From a virus, in the IMG/VR virus record IMGVR_UViG_3300025325_000003: a stretch of 50,183 bases of DNA; one strand, written 5' to 3'. The position numbers were made by a program, and so were the translations under genes. A model generated the notes under the pieces. The model was not told the origin of the DNA and searched no databases. It saw nothing but the letters and a program-made list of their open reading frames with translations. Each line of letters opens with the position of its first letter. The stretch's first letter is position 1. This document shows positions 24,862 to 31,401 of this stretch, in pieces.

Positions 24862-25003
24862 CGTCTTCCTTCCCGTCGTCCCAAACCATCTCCATTAGCC
24901 AACGGTACTTTCGCAGACGCTCGTGTTCTCTAATCTCTGCTTGAAACAACTCGGAAAGCAACGCAGGCAAGCTATGCCAAACGTTCGGTTGAAGCTCGCG
25001 CAT
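24851..25003 (-). CDS. Hypothetical small protein (50 aa), not in the ORF track
   Basis: ATG at 25003 follows GGGAGG. Hand translation: MRELQPNVWHSLPALLSELFQAEIREHERLRKYRWLMEMVWDDGKEDDAN. Confidence 0.4.
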   Translation of the reverse strand: MRELQPNVWHSLPALLSELFQAEIREHERLRKYRWLMEMVWDDGKEDDAN

Positions 25004-25142
25004 GCGATACCTCCCTTCGACAAACGGTACAATGCATTAGGTCCTTAACTGTAGCAACGTTGAAGACCCGTATTCCTCGACCGTAGGTCCGGTCTTGGTA
25101 CTCAGCCCGGCAGCTACATAGCGCTAGCTGAGTTTCACTCAT
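24972..25142 (-). CDS. Small zinc-finger protein (56 aa), not in the ORF track
   Basis: ATGA-coupled start, verified codon by codon: MSETQLALCSCRAEYQDRTYGRGIRVFNVATVKDLMHCTVCRREV..., a CxC...CxxC arrangement. Confidence 0.45.
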   Translation of the reverse strand: MSETQLALCSCRAEYQDRTYGRGIRVFNVATVKDLMHCTVCRREVSHARASTERLA

Positions 25143-25276
25143 TGTTTTTCACCCCCCGGACACTTCGGACACGGCTGCTTAATGGGATGTACGAAGGCAT
25201 AGGCACCTTCTGGACTGCGATGGTAAACCCAACGACTACCATCTTTGCGCAGTTCAATCTTGGTTACGCTACCCAT
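25139..25276 (-). CDS. Hypothetical small protein (45 aa) with C-terminal CPKCPGG, not in the ORF track
   Basis: TAATG overlap with the upstream stop, verified codon by codon: MGSVTKIELRKDGSRWVYHRSPEGAYAFVHPIKQPCPKCPGGEKQ. Confidence 0.4.
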   Translation of the reverse strand: MGSVTKIELRKDGSRWVYHRSPEGAYAFVHPIKQPCPKCPGGEKQ

Positions 25277-25602
25277 TAGAGGTAACCTCCGTTGCCGATA
25301 ACATCGTCACCCTTTGGTTTGGCGCCGTCTTCTATTATCTCGGTCCATGTTTTAGCGTCTAGCATTATCGCCACAGGAAGGTACTTGCACATATGTTCCT
25401 CAGGTGCCAACCTGTTTGCTTCTTTGGCGTCGTCAACCGCTGCTTTGGCGGATGGTACAATGAATCCACCATGACTAGACTGACCGGCGTCGTTAGTGCA
25501 GATTACGGCGTAAAGGGTAGCCTCCTGCTTAGACAAGGCTATCGTCAGCGAGTTGGTAAGATTGTCCCACGCCAACTCTTCGTCAAACTCAAATTTGGTC
25601 AT
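25276..25602 (-). CDS. Hypothetical protein (108 aa)
   Basis: Internal ATG at 25602 follows GAGAGGTGAG. The longer listed start lacks an RBS. Confidence 0.5.
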   Translation of the reverse strand: MTKFEFDEELAWDNLTNSLTIALSKQEATLYAVICTNDAGQSSHGGFIVPSAKAAVDDAKEANRLAPEEHMCKYLPVAIMLDAKTWTEIIEDGAKPKGDDVIGNGGYL

Positions 25603-25616
25603 GTACTCACCTCTCT

Positions 25617-25817
25617 TTACGGTATGCGTGGGTCGTGCGGACACCACGGCCCGTGACCGTGGGTCTCGCACCACTCATCTTCGGCCGCAGCTGCGGCCTC
25701 TCGCTGTAGCTGAGCTAGCTGCTCGGGAGTCCATGCAGTACAGCTTTCACCGCGCTGATGGTCAGGCGAGTACCACTCTATGTCATGCGTATAGCAGAAG
25801 CGCGTCTTCATCATCAT
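25617..25817 (-). CDS. Hypothetical Cys/His/Trp-rich small protein (66 aa)
   Basis: ATGATGATG start follows GGGAGGTGAGGG. Contains FCYTHD, CTAW, WCETHGHGPWCPHD. Confidence 0.5.
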   Translation of the reverse strand: MMMKTRFCYTHDIEWYSPDHQRGESCTAWTPEQLAQLQREAAAAAEDEWCETHGHGPWCPHDPRIP

Positions 25818-25822
25818 TACCC

Positions 25823-26671
25823 TCACCTCCCTAACCATCCAGAATCAAAGTCACTGCGCTGCTGCAGCTTCCACTCATTCATTAGTTCGACCACTTCTGG
25901 CGAGGCCCACCTTCGCAGACCTTGGTAGTCGTTCTGCATCTGTGTCTCTAGCACTTTCGTTAGGCCGTCAACTTCGTATACCTTATCGAACACGGCTCCA
26001 AAATTATGCTCAAGCGTGAAGCATCGGTCTACGAAAGATGTATCAGTACCTCGCCCTATCAGTCGCAACTTGTACACGCTTGCGACTGCGGCCCAGCGGG
26101 GTCCGCCGACTTCGCCGCTAGACCAGCGGTCGCCGTCTCCGAAGAGGCGCTGAGCCCAGTCAACCCACTTGACGAGAGTCTCTCGGGGCTGTTCACGTCG
26201 CAGCCGCGTCCACTCACGCCACGCGAGGCTTCGGTCGCCGTTAGTAGCCCGGACTGACTGCCAGTAGCTCGCTAGACTGGCCGGGAGTTCACCCCTAAAG
26301 ACGTGGACGGCGTGCCGTAGCTCGCCGCCCACCGCCATATCGAGGTACGTCTCAAACTCGACCGCCAGCTCGCGCGTCAACTGGTCGAACCGCCTTCGCG
26401 CTGGGTCGTATTGTTGCGCCTGCGCCAACCATTCCAACAAGTACCAGTCGGCGCAGTCCTGCCGCAAGTCTCGGTCGGGCTTCATACCAAGGCTGCGGAA
26501 GAAGTTAACGTCGTCCTTTCCGGTACCCGAATCTATGGTGTCGTCCGACCCCGGGTGCTCGAGGAGCCGGGCGTTGTGGACCGCCGGGTGCTTGACGTGG
26601 CGCCATCTGTCTTGCGTTTCGTCTAGGTAGATGGTGCCGCCACAGTCGAGGCACCTAACGTCGTCGTTCAC
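25823..26671 (-). CDS. Unknown-function protein, paralog A of a two-member family (282 aa) with N-terminal CxxC
   Basis: Shares blocks with 28505..29437: LLE(W/R)L, ELA.EF..YL...VGGE.R, AW..W, GG..WA, TFVD.C..LEHN.G..FDK.Y, ASPEV. Confidence 0.6.
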   Translation of the reverse strand: MNDDVRCLDCGGTIYLDETQDRWRHVKHPAVHNARLLEHPGSDDTIDSGTGKDDVNFFRSLGMKPDRDLRQDCADWYLLEWLAQAQQYDPARRRFDQLTRELAVEFETYLDMAVGGELRHAVHVFRGELPASLASYWQSVRATNGDRSLAWREWTRLRREQPRETLVKWVDWAQRLFGDGDRWSSGEVGGPRWAAVASVYKLRLIGRGTDTSFVDRCFTLEHNFGAVFDKVYEVDGLTKVLETQMQNDYQGLRRWASPEVVELMNEWKLQQRSDFDSGWLGR

Positions 26672-26780
26672 GGAAGTCCACCCCCAAGATTAAGCCTGGT
26701 ATGCAACCAAGCACGTCGTGCATCGGCTTCGGCTCATCTGCCCCACATTTCGGGCACTCGTAGTCTGCAACCACTACCAT
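26655..26780 (-). CDS. Small protein with CPKCG (41 aa)
   Basis: Internal ATG at 26780 forms a TAATG overlap with the upstream stop. The longer listed N-terminus is R-rich and overlaps the upstream gene. Confidence 0.4.
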   Translation of the reverse strand: MVVVADYECPKCGADEPKPMHDVLGCIPGLILGVDFRERRR

Positions 26781-26974
26781 TACGGCTTCCCCATTACGAA
26801 CCCCGCCGCATACTCGAACCGGCCGCGGTCGAAGTTGCCGTTTCGCGCGTAGCAGAACGTACCAAGCTCGCTCACAAGGTGCGCCCACAACGAGAACTCC
26901 TTGGTACCGGGCTCAGGGCGCAACCGGCTAAGTATTTCCGCTAGGTCGGTGAAATCGCGCTTATACATTGCCAT
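26780..26974 (-). CDS. Hypothetical small protein (64 aa)
   Basis: Internal ATG at 26974 follows GGAAGGAAGGTGG and forms a TAATG overlap with the phosphatase stop. Confidence 0.45.
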   Translation of the reverse strand: MAMYKRDFTDLAEILSRLRPEPGTKEFSLWAHLVSELGTFCYARNGNFDRGRFEYAAGFVMGKP

Positions 26975-27969
26975 TAGCAGCACCACCTTCCTTCCTCGTA
27001 CATATACTCCTGTGCGCTGTTCGCTTCCCATGTCTCCATGATGCGGTCCCACGGGTCTTGCGTCGCTGTGCCGTTGACGGTTGCCTTAAAGCAGTCACCC
27101 TCAATGGGGTTGCACTCGTTCGGCATCGAGCAGGGCGGGTCGCCGCACGCCTGGTTCACGTCGTCGGCCTGGTTCCGCAGGTTACCGATGTAGTTCAACT
27201 TCAGCCATTCCTCGTATTCTTCCTCGCTGTCGGCGGTGCGCTTGGCTAGCACCTTTTCGCTTGCAGCGGTAACGAGGTCGGGCTGAGGCAACGCGGTATT
27301 GTAATACGGCGTGCCGTAACTAGCCGGCAGCCGACGTGGCGTTGTCTCCGGTAGGTTGGCTGTCTGCTCGTGGCCCGTTGCGTCGGTCCATATGTCATAC
27401 AAGAACCGCTCCTGCATCGAGGTTTCGATGGCCCAACTACAGTAGGTTTTCCGAACTCGGTCTATAGCTGTCCACGGCTCAACACCCTGCAGTATGAGCA
27501 GCGAGGCGAGCAGCGTCCCAGTGCGACCATGCGCGCCAAGACAACCAGTCTCCACAACCTTGCCGCGCTTTAGCTGCTTGAGCAGCCATCGTGCAGCAGG
27601 CAAGAACTTTCGCGTGCTGGCAGGCGTCATGCCGTCGGACCATGGGTATATGGCCCATTTCGTACGCCCGCCGTCTTGAACCCACGCAGGCTTCCAACCC
27701 GGAGTAGTGACGGTGTGGTCTTTTGCCCACGCCGAATCCAGGTAAAAGCCGATATCGGGTTCAACAGTCATAGCCGCCCGCTCCCGGTCCGCCTCCGTAT
27801 TAATCCAGTAACCAGGTCGGTCCATAAAAGCGGACACTAGCACTTCAAGCCCATTTTCGAGCTTGAAGATATCCTGCCAGTGCGTACAACTTCGCGCATT
27901 AGAAGAAGTTGTTGTCGCTGTCGTAGCTGGTACAAATCGCTTCTTCTTTCGTCGTCGACTCAATCGCAT
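26974..27969 (-). CDS. Cys-based (CX5R) protein phosphatase-like protein with a Cys-rich C-terminal extension
   Basis: VETGCLGAHGRTGTLLASLL matches the PTP/DSP P-loop C-x5-R-[ST]-G (compare CSAGIGRSG). The upstream YPWSDGMTP is WPD-loop-like. ATG at 27969 follows GGGAGGTG. The listed longer start runs into tRNA-Asn. Confidence 0.6.
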   Translation of the reverse strand: MRLSRRRKKKRFVPATTATTTSSNARSCTHWQDIFKLENGLEVLVSAFMDRPGYWINTEADRERAAMTVEPDIGFYLDSAWAKDHTVTTPGWKPAWVQDGGRTKWAIYPWSDGMTPASTRKFLPAARWLLKQLKRGKVVETGCLGAHGRTGTLLASLLILQGVEPWTAIDRVRKTYCSWAIETSMQERFLYDIWTDATGHEQTANLPETTPRRLPASYGTPYYNTALPQPDLVTAASEKVLAKRTADSEEEYEEWLKLNYIGNLRNQADDVNQACGDPPCSMPNECNPIEGDCFKATVNGTATQDPWDRIMETWEANSAQEYMYEEGRWCC

Positions 27970-27996
27970 CACCTCCCTTCGGTGTCTGAGTCTAAG

Positions 27997-28069
27997 CTGA
28001 GGTGGCAGGATTCGAACCTGCAACCACCGGATTAACAGTCCGGCGCTCTACCAGTTGAGCTACACCTCA
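27997..28069 (-). tRNA. tRNA-Asn (anticodon GTT)
   Basis: Perfect cloverleaf: acceptor UGAGGUG/CACCUCA, D arm GCUC-AACUGGUA-GAGC, anticodon arm CCGGA-CUGUUAA-UCCGG, T arm GCAGG-UUCGAAU-CCUGC, discriminator G. Confidence 0.9.
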
Positions 28070-28130
28070 AGGGTGACGGCCCGGCACTACGTGACGCGCT
28101 AGCTAGTCGCGTTCACCCGCTCAGCGGCCG

Positions 28131-28529
28131 TCACACCGTCGGCATCGGCGGTAATTCGCCGAGCCGCTCTTTCGGTCTCCGTCGGTCGGGAGAGTAGAAC
28201 TCCGAGGCATGCGTTCGGTTCCACGTCCGCCGGTCAAGCTTGTCTAGGTATTCTTCCAACCACCATTCATAGCTACCATCCGGTAGTTCTACGTGGTACG
28301 CAGCTACCTTGTGGTTACTTGAACGACAAACTGTCCGTCCCGTCAGTCGTACAGAGTGCCACGTATCTAGGCTATCCAACCACCTGAAAGCCCGTCGCCC
28401 CACGTATCGGAGCTTGGGGTAGAGTGGACTCGCATGAGCCATTGTCCATTTTCCCGTATGAGGCCAGTTGTCGTGCTTATCTGCTTTCCAGCGTAGCGTC
28501 TTAATCACGTCGGTTGTACTCCTATCCAC
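28131..28529 (-). CDS. Hypothetical Trp/Arg-rich protein (132 aa)
   Basis: ORF on the operon strand, overlapping the 3' end of paralog B. Confidence 0.5.
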   Translation of the reverse strand: MDRSTTDVIKTLRWKADKHDNWPHTGKWTMAHASPLYPKLRYVGRRAFRWLDSLDTWHSVRLTGRTVCRSSNHKVAAYHVELPDGSYEWWLEEYLDKLDRRTWNRTHASEFYSPDRRRPKERLGELPPMPTV

Positions 28530-29437
28530 TCAATACTACGGCCCATCCCTAACGCACGGCCTACGGGCCGCATAGCAGCGTTCCACAACGCTTGCACTTC
28601 TGGACTGGCGTAACCTACCAGTTTCCAGTACAAATCATCAGCCTGCCAAACTAGCAGCTTTGCCAGTCGGTTACAGTCTTCGTCGTCGTACATCTTATCG
28701 AAAATGCACCCGTTGTTATGCTCTAAGGACCAGCACATGTCTACAAAGGTCCGGGCCTTTAGCTGGCCCGTCAGGTAATCATGGGCCAGTTCAGCCGCGG
28801 TTGCCCATCCATCGCCGCCGTATCCGCCGTTAACAAGTATGTTACGGAACACATACTCTGCGTCCTTCAAGATGCTAGGACCCTCTTGTTTCAGTACCTT
28901 ATTCCAAGCCGCCCACGCTTCGCCGCGATAGACAGCCTCGCCGCGTGCCCAACCGCACCGTTCCAGCATGTCACGAATGGACGCTGGAACCTGTTCGTCA
29001 AGCATGCGTCCCTGGGCGCTTTCACAGTCCCAGGTCTCGTACTCGCCGCACCCTGACTCGGACGACGCATCGCACTTGTACGTGACGTGGTGGCAGTTCG
29101 TCCACCCTACGTCACCACAATTGTCGGCATCGTAGTCCGGACTATCTTCCTCCGGACACTCTGCCACGTCGTTTTCACAAGGGTCGTCGTCGTCGTGCGA
29201 TGGAATCCAACAGTCGTCGCATCCATAGCATTCGTAATCGTCGTCGCCCGTACCTGTAACGTAACGGGCTTCGCCGCCTACGACGACGGAGAGGTACTCA
29301 GAGAACTCGCGGGCCAGCTCGCCTTCAAGCTGCTCCAACATGCTCCCGGCGTGTTCGTGGCCGTTAGCCTCTAGCCTCTCCAACAAGTGAAAGTCCGAGC
29401 AAGCGCGGCTTAGGTCGCGCTCGCCTAGGTTGTCCAT
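28505..29437 (-). CDS. Unknown-function protein, paralog B of the 25823..26671 family (310 aa) with a Cys/Asp-rich insertion
   Basis: Has the same conserved blocks as paralog A. It also has an insertion of roughly 85 aa: DDDYECYGCDDCWIPSHDDDDPCENDVAECPEEDSPDYDADNCGDVGWTNCHHVTYKCD... Confidence 0.6.
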   Translation of the reverse strand: MDNLGERDLSRACSDFHLLERLEANGHEHAGSMLEQLEGELAREFSEYLSVVVGGEARYVTGTGDDDYECYGCDDCWIPSHDDDDPCENDVAECPEEDSPDYDADNCGDVGWTNCHHVTYKCDASSESGCGEYETWDCESAQGRMLDEQVPASIRDMLERCGWARGEAVYRGEAWAAWNKVLKQEGPSILKDAEYVFRNILVNGGYGGDGWATAAELAHDYLTGQLKARTFVDMCWSLEHNNGCIFDKMYDDEDCNRLAKLLVWQADDLYWKLVGYASPEVQALWNAAMRPVGRALGMGRSIEWIGVQPT

Positions 29438-29474
29438 AGCTTACGTTCTCACCCCCCGTCCACCTTCCGTAGGG

Positions 29475-29556
29475 TGGGTGGCCCAGGATTCGAACCTGGT
29501 CAGCCAACGCCTCGCCGGGGTTGCGGCCCGGTCGCGCTTCCAAACGCACACCACCC
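29475..29556 (-). tRNA. Non-canonical long-variable-arm tRNA-like gene (anticodon loop CCGCAAC; GCA under standard numbering, with C33)
   Basis: Acceptor GGGUGGU/GCCACCC, A73, no encoded CCA, and T arm CCAGG-UUCGAAU-CCUGG. Anticodon stem CCGGG/CCCGG is perfect. The variable region is 15 nt with a 3-bp stem. The D arm can form a 5-6 bp stem with a 4-nt loop (UGGA). Confidence 0.45.
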
Positions 29557-29592
29557 GTGCTCATGAAAATAGGGCTAGCCTACGCCCTGCGC

Positions 29593-29621
29593 CCCTGCCT
29601 ACTCCTGACCGTTAGGCAGGG
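29593..29621 (-). other. Hairpin between gene 29635..29823 and the tRNA-like gene (terminator or processing signal candidate)
   Basis: 9-bp inverted repeat ccctgccta / taggcaggg with an 11-nt loop. There is no clear U tract. Confidence 0.4.
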
Positions 29622-29634
29622 ACGCGCGGCCCAG

Positions 29635-29823
29635 TTAGTCGAGCAGCGTTAGGTAGGACGCCTCACTACCCGTCAGCATCGTTAGCCGTCGCAGGTGCGA
29701 CAACCACTGTTCGGCCGCTGAAACCTGCGCGGCAGTGTCCAGCGGGCGGTCAATCACGGTCAACCACCCGCAGGTACAACGCCACTGTTCGGGTAGGCGC
29801 GTCCGGTCCACCTGGTGAACCAT
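29635..29823 (-). CDS. Hypothetical small protein (62 aa)
   Basis: ATG follows AGGAGGG. ORF is on the operon strand. Confidence 0.5.
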   Translation of the reverse strand: MVHQVDRTRLPEQWRCTCGWLTVIDRPLDTAAQVSAAEQWLSHLRRLTMLTGSEASYLTLLD

Positions 29824-29839
29824 TCGCCCTCCTACTCTA

Positions 29840-29858
29840 AGCGTACCACGCCCGTCAA
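29840..29858 (-). promoter_or_regulatory. Promoter-like 19-mer, copy A (TTGACGGGCGTGGTACGCT on the - strand)
   Basis: 17 of 19 positions are identical to copy B at 30284..30302. It starts with a -35-like TTGACG and lies 16 nt upstream of the ATG at 29823. Confidence 0.4.
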
Positions 29859-29887
29859 TAGGCTGTTTGCCCTACTCCCTTCTACGT

Positions 29888-29921
29888 CCATCGCCCTACG
29901 TAGAACTACGTAGGACGAAAG
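29888..29921 (-). other. Structured repeat element, copy 1 (CCATCGCCCTAC ... GTAGGACGAAAG flanking a hairpin)
   Basis: The 12-mers ccatcgccctac (29888-29899) and gtaggacgaaag (29910-29921) bracket the palindrome cctacgtag-aa-ctacgtagg. The same 12-mers recur at 30143..30195. Confidence 0.5.
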
Positions 29922-29923
29922 GC

Positions 29924-30112
29924 TTAGAACGGGTAGCCCTCCTCCTCGAGCACGGCTCGCGCTACGTCAACCGGGCGGTCGCCTGACTCGAACGCATCGC
30001 GGTAGGCGTAGTCCGCCAGGTCGCGGTTCGTGAGCCCGCCGGTCCAACGGCCTAGGCTAGCGTCAACCCTAGCCATCCACCGCTCGAACGCATCTTCAGT
30101 TGTGGTCGACAA
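29924..30112 (-). CDS. Hypothetical small protein (62 aa; TTG start)
   Basis: ORF on the operon strand. The RBS is weak and the start is uncertain. Confidence 0.4.
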   Translation of the reverse strand: MSTTTEDAFERWMARVDASLGRWTGGLTNRDLADYAYRDAFESGDRPVDVARAVLEEEGYPF

Positions 30113-30142
30113 AGGATGTAGTCACCCCCCTTCGTCCTAGTG

Positions 30143-30195
30143 CCATCGCCCTACACCGTCCGACGTCGCCTCCCACAAAGGGTGTAGGACGAAAG
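30143..30195 (-). other. Structured repeat element, copy 2
   Basis: ccatcgccctac (30143-30154) and gtaggacgaaag (30184-30195). The 8-bp stem cctacacc / ggtgtagg encloses a 23-nt loop. Confidence 0.5.
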
Positions 30196-30283
30196 AACTA
30201 GGCGGGTCTCCGCTACACGAGCGCGAGGCCAGCTACCTTAGTCCCGTTCAGGCAGGCCGCAGTGTCACTCCTGCCCTACCTTC

Positions 30284-30302
30284 AGCATACCACGCTCGTC
30301 AA
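30284..30302 (-). promoter_or_regulatory. Promoter-like 19-mer, copy B (TTGACGAGCGTGGTATGCT on the - strand)
   Basis: Lies immediately downstream of the 30312..30354 hairpin on the - strand. It shares TTGACG-N-GCGTGGTA-Y-GCT with copy A. Confidence 0.4.
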
Positions 30303-30311
30303 CCACTCAAA

Positions 30312-30354
30312 GACCTAGGACCACCGGCCTCCCAGCAGCCGGCGGCCCTAGGTC
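30312..30354 (-). terminator. Strand-specific intrinsic terminator-like hairpin after gene 30376..30789
   Basis: 17-bp arms (30312-30328 and 30338-30354) with a 9-nt loop. The two A.C mismatches on the + strand become G.U pairs on the - transcript. UUU follows on the - strand. The arms carry an inverted CCTAGGTC pair. Confidence 0.6.
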
Positions 30355-30375
30355 TCACGTACTAGGTCCCTCGGC

Positions 30376-30789
30376 CTAGTCGAACTCGCCCATTCGGATG
30401 ATGCCCGCCGAACGACGTAGGACATCCCAGTCGACGACCGCGACGCCGGGGGACACGAGCGTGACTTCGGGCTTAGGTCGCACGACCTTGACCCTAGGCT
30501 TACGCCCTAGGCATTTCGGCTCGTCCACTCGGACGAACGTCCTAGTCCCATCGGCCTCGAGGTGGTACACTGAGACCGGGGCCACGGCGCTCTTTGCCCT
30601 AGGCCGAATGGTGCCAGCAGCCGCCAGAACGTCGTAGGACGCTCCCAAGCCCGCCACCATCGAAGGACCTAGGTCGTCCGGCCGCATGAGGTCGCGTAGG
30701 TCCATGCGGTCGCACGGTAGCGGGTGACGCGCGTTGGCCCAACGGCCTAGGTCGTGCGCCGACCGCCACCCTTGCGTGTCGTAGGTCAT
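30376..30789 (-). CDS. First gene of the leftward early block, hypothetical protein (137 aa)
   Basis: ATG at 30789 has GGAGG 8 nt upstream. The listed GTG at 30798 sits directly on the RBS. The coding sequence carries five CCTAGG sites, read as Leu-Gly or Pro-Arg in DLG, LGR and PRA contexts. Confidence 0.55.
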   Translation of the reverse strand: MTYDTQGWRSAHDLGRWANARHPLPCDRMDLRDLMRPDDLGPSMVAGLGASYDVLAAAGTIRPRAKSAVAPVSVYHLEADGTRTFVRVDEPKCLGRKPRVKVVRPKPEVTLVSPGVAVVDWDVLRRSAGIIRMGEFD

Positions 30790-30818
30790 TAGTCTCACCT
30801 CCTCTCCTCACTGGGACC

Positions 30819-30846
30819 AGTATAGCACGGCGAACGCAGGGGTCAA
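30819..30846 (-). promoter_or_regulatory. Sigma-70-type promoter candidate for the leftward early block
   Basis: On the - strand: TTGACC (30846-30841), a 16-nt spacer ending in TGC, then TATACT (30824-30819). It lies about 30 nt upstream of the ATG at 30789. Confidence 0.55.
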
Positions 30847-31045
30847 TAGGTCCTTAGTAGTAGGCCGGCAGGTCAGGCGACGAGCTGGAGGCCCTAGGTC
30901 AATGGTACTACTGTCTGGTTGGGGGCGCCCTACGCCTTAAGCACTAGACGCGCCTCGGCCGGCCTACGCTACGTACGACCAAGGGCCTAGGCGGGACGGC
31001 AACCAACCCCCTTCCTAAGACCTAGGTCCTTTGGCTGGGTAGTCC

Positions 31046-31079
31046 GCGTTGCGTTATTTTCGTGCAACGTTCGTGCAAC
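31046..31079. repeat. Short tandem repeats in the most AT-rich stretch of the early/late intergenic region
   Basis: GCGTT GCGTT at 31046-31055. TTCGTGCAAC at 31059-31068 is repeated at 31070-31079 (11-bp period). TTTCGTGC also occurs at 17105-17112. Confidence 0.8.
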
Positions 31080-31401
31080 AAACTCGCCTACGTAGTTGGA
31101 GAATGTTGAGATTTCTTGAATGGCCGTTCAAAGTGCTTTTCCTTGCAGCCCAAGGGAAACAAAACTACCCCCGCATCATACCGCCTAGTGTAGAGGGCTA
31201 GTACGGGGAACCTACGAGGCTACGCCAGTAGCCGAGTGGAGGGGCCAAACACCGGACCGGCGGTGAGGTTCCTGCTGGGAACCAAGCGGCCTTAGTCGTA
31301 GGGTTGACCGGCCGCTTAAGCGACAAGCTGCAGCTTTTGAACGTAACCCCTGAACGTCCTTAAGCATAGCCCAGACGTATGTCTGAACGTGGGAGGAACG
31401 T

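Larger units (their letters stand above)
30312..31028. repeat. Cluster of ten CCTAGG hexamers, mostly in the extended form CCTAGGTC
   Basis: CCTAGG starts at 30314, 30347, 30493, 30506, 30598, 30668, 30746, 30893, 30986 and 31021. GACCTAGGTC at 31019-31028 is a perfect 10-bp palindrome. Related TAGGTC and TAGGAC variants lie nearby. Confidence 0.85.

Noticed and set aside
27970-28023. N-terminal extension of the phosphatase ORF (TTG start at 28023)
   Set aside because: The extension is the reverse complement of the tRNA-Asn 3' half. The internal ATG at 27969 has a strong GGGAGGTG RBS.
29853-29858. TTGACG boxes at 29858..29853 and 30302..30297 as the -35 elements of standard sigma-70 promoters
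   Set aside because: The hexamers 17-18 nt downstream (GTAGGA/TAGGAG, GTAGGG/TAGGGC) are poor -10 elements. In copy A the hexamer coincides with the RBS. These are kept only as repeated promoter-like motifs.
12016-31400. Lysogeny module (integrase, excisionase, CI/Cro-type repressor, attP)
   Set aside because: No ORF showed tyrosine or serine recombinase motifs or a recognisable repressor pair. The phage is treated as probably virulent, but small helix-turn-helix proteins could have been missed by eye.
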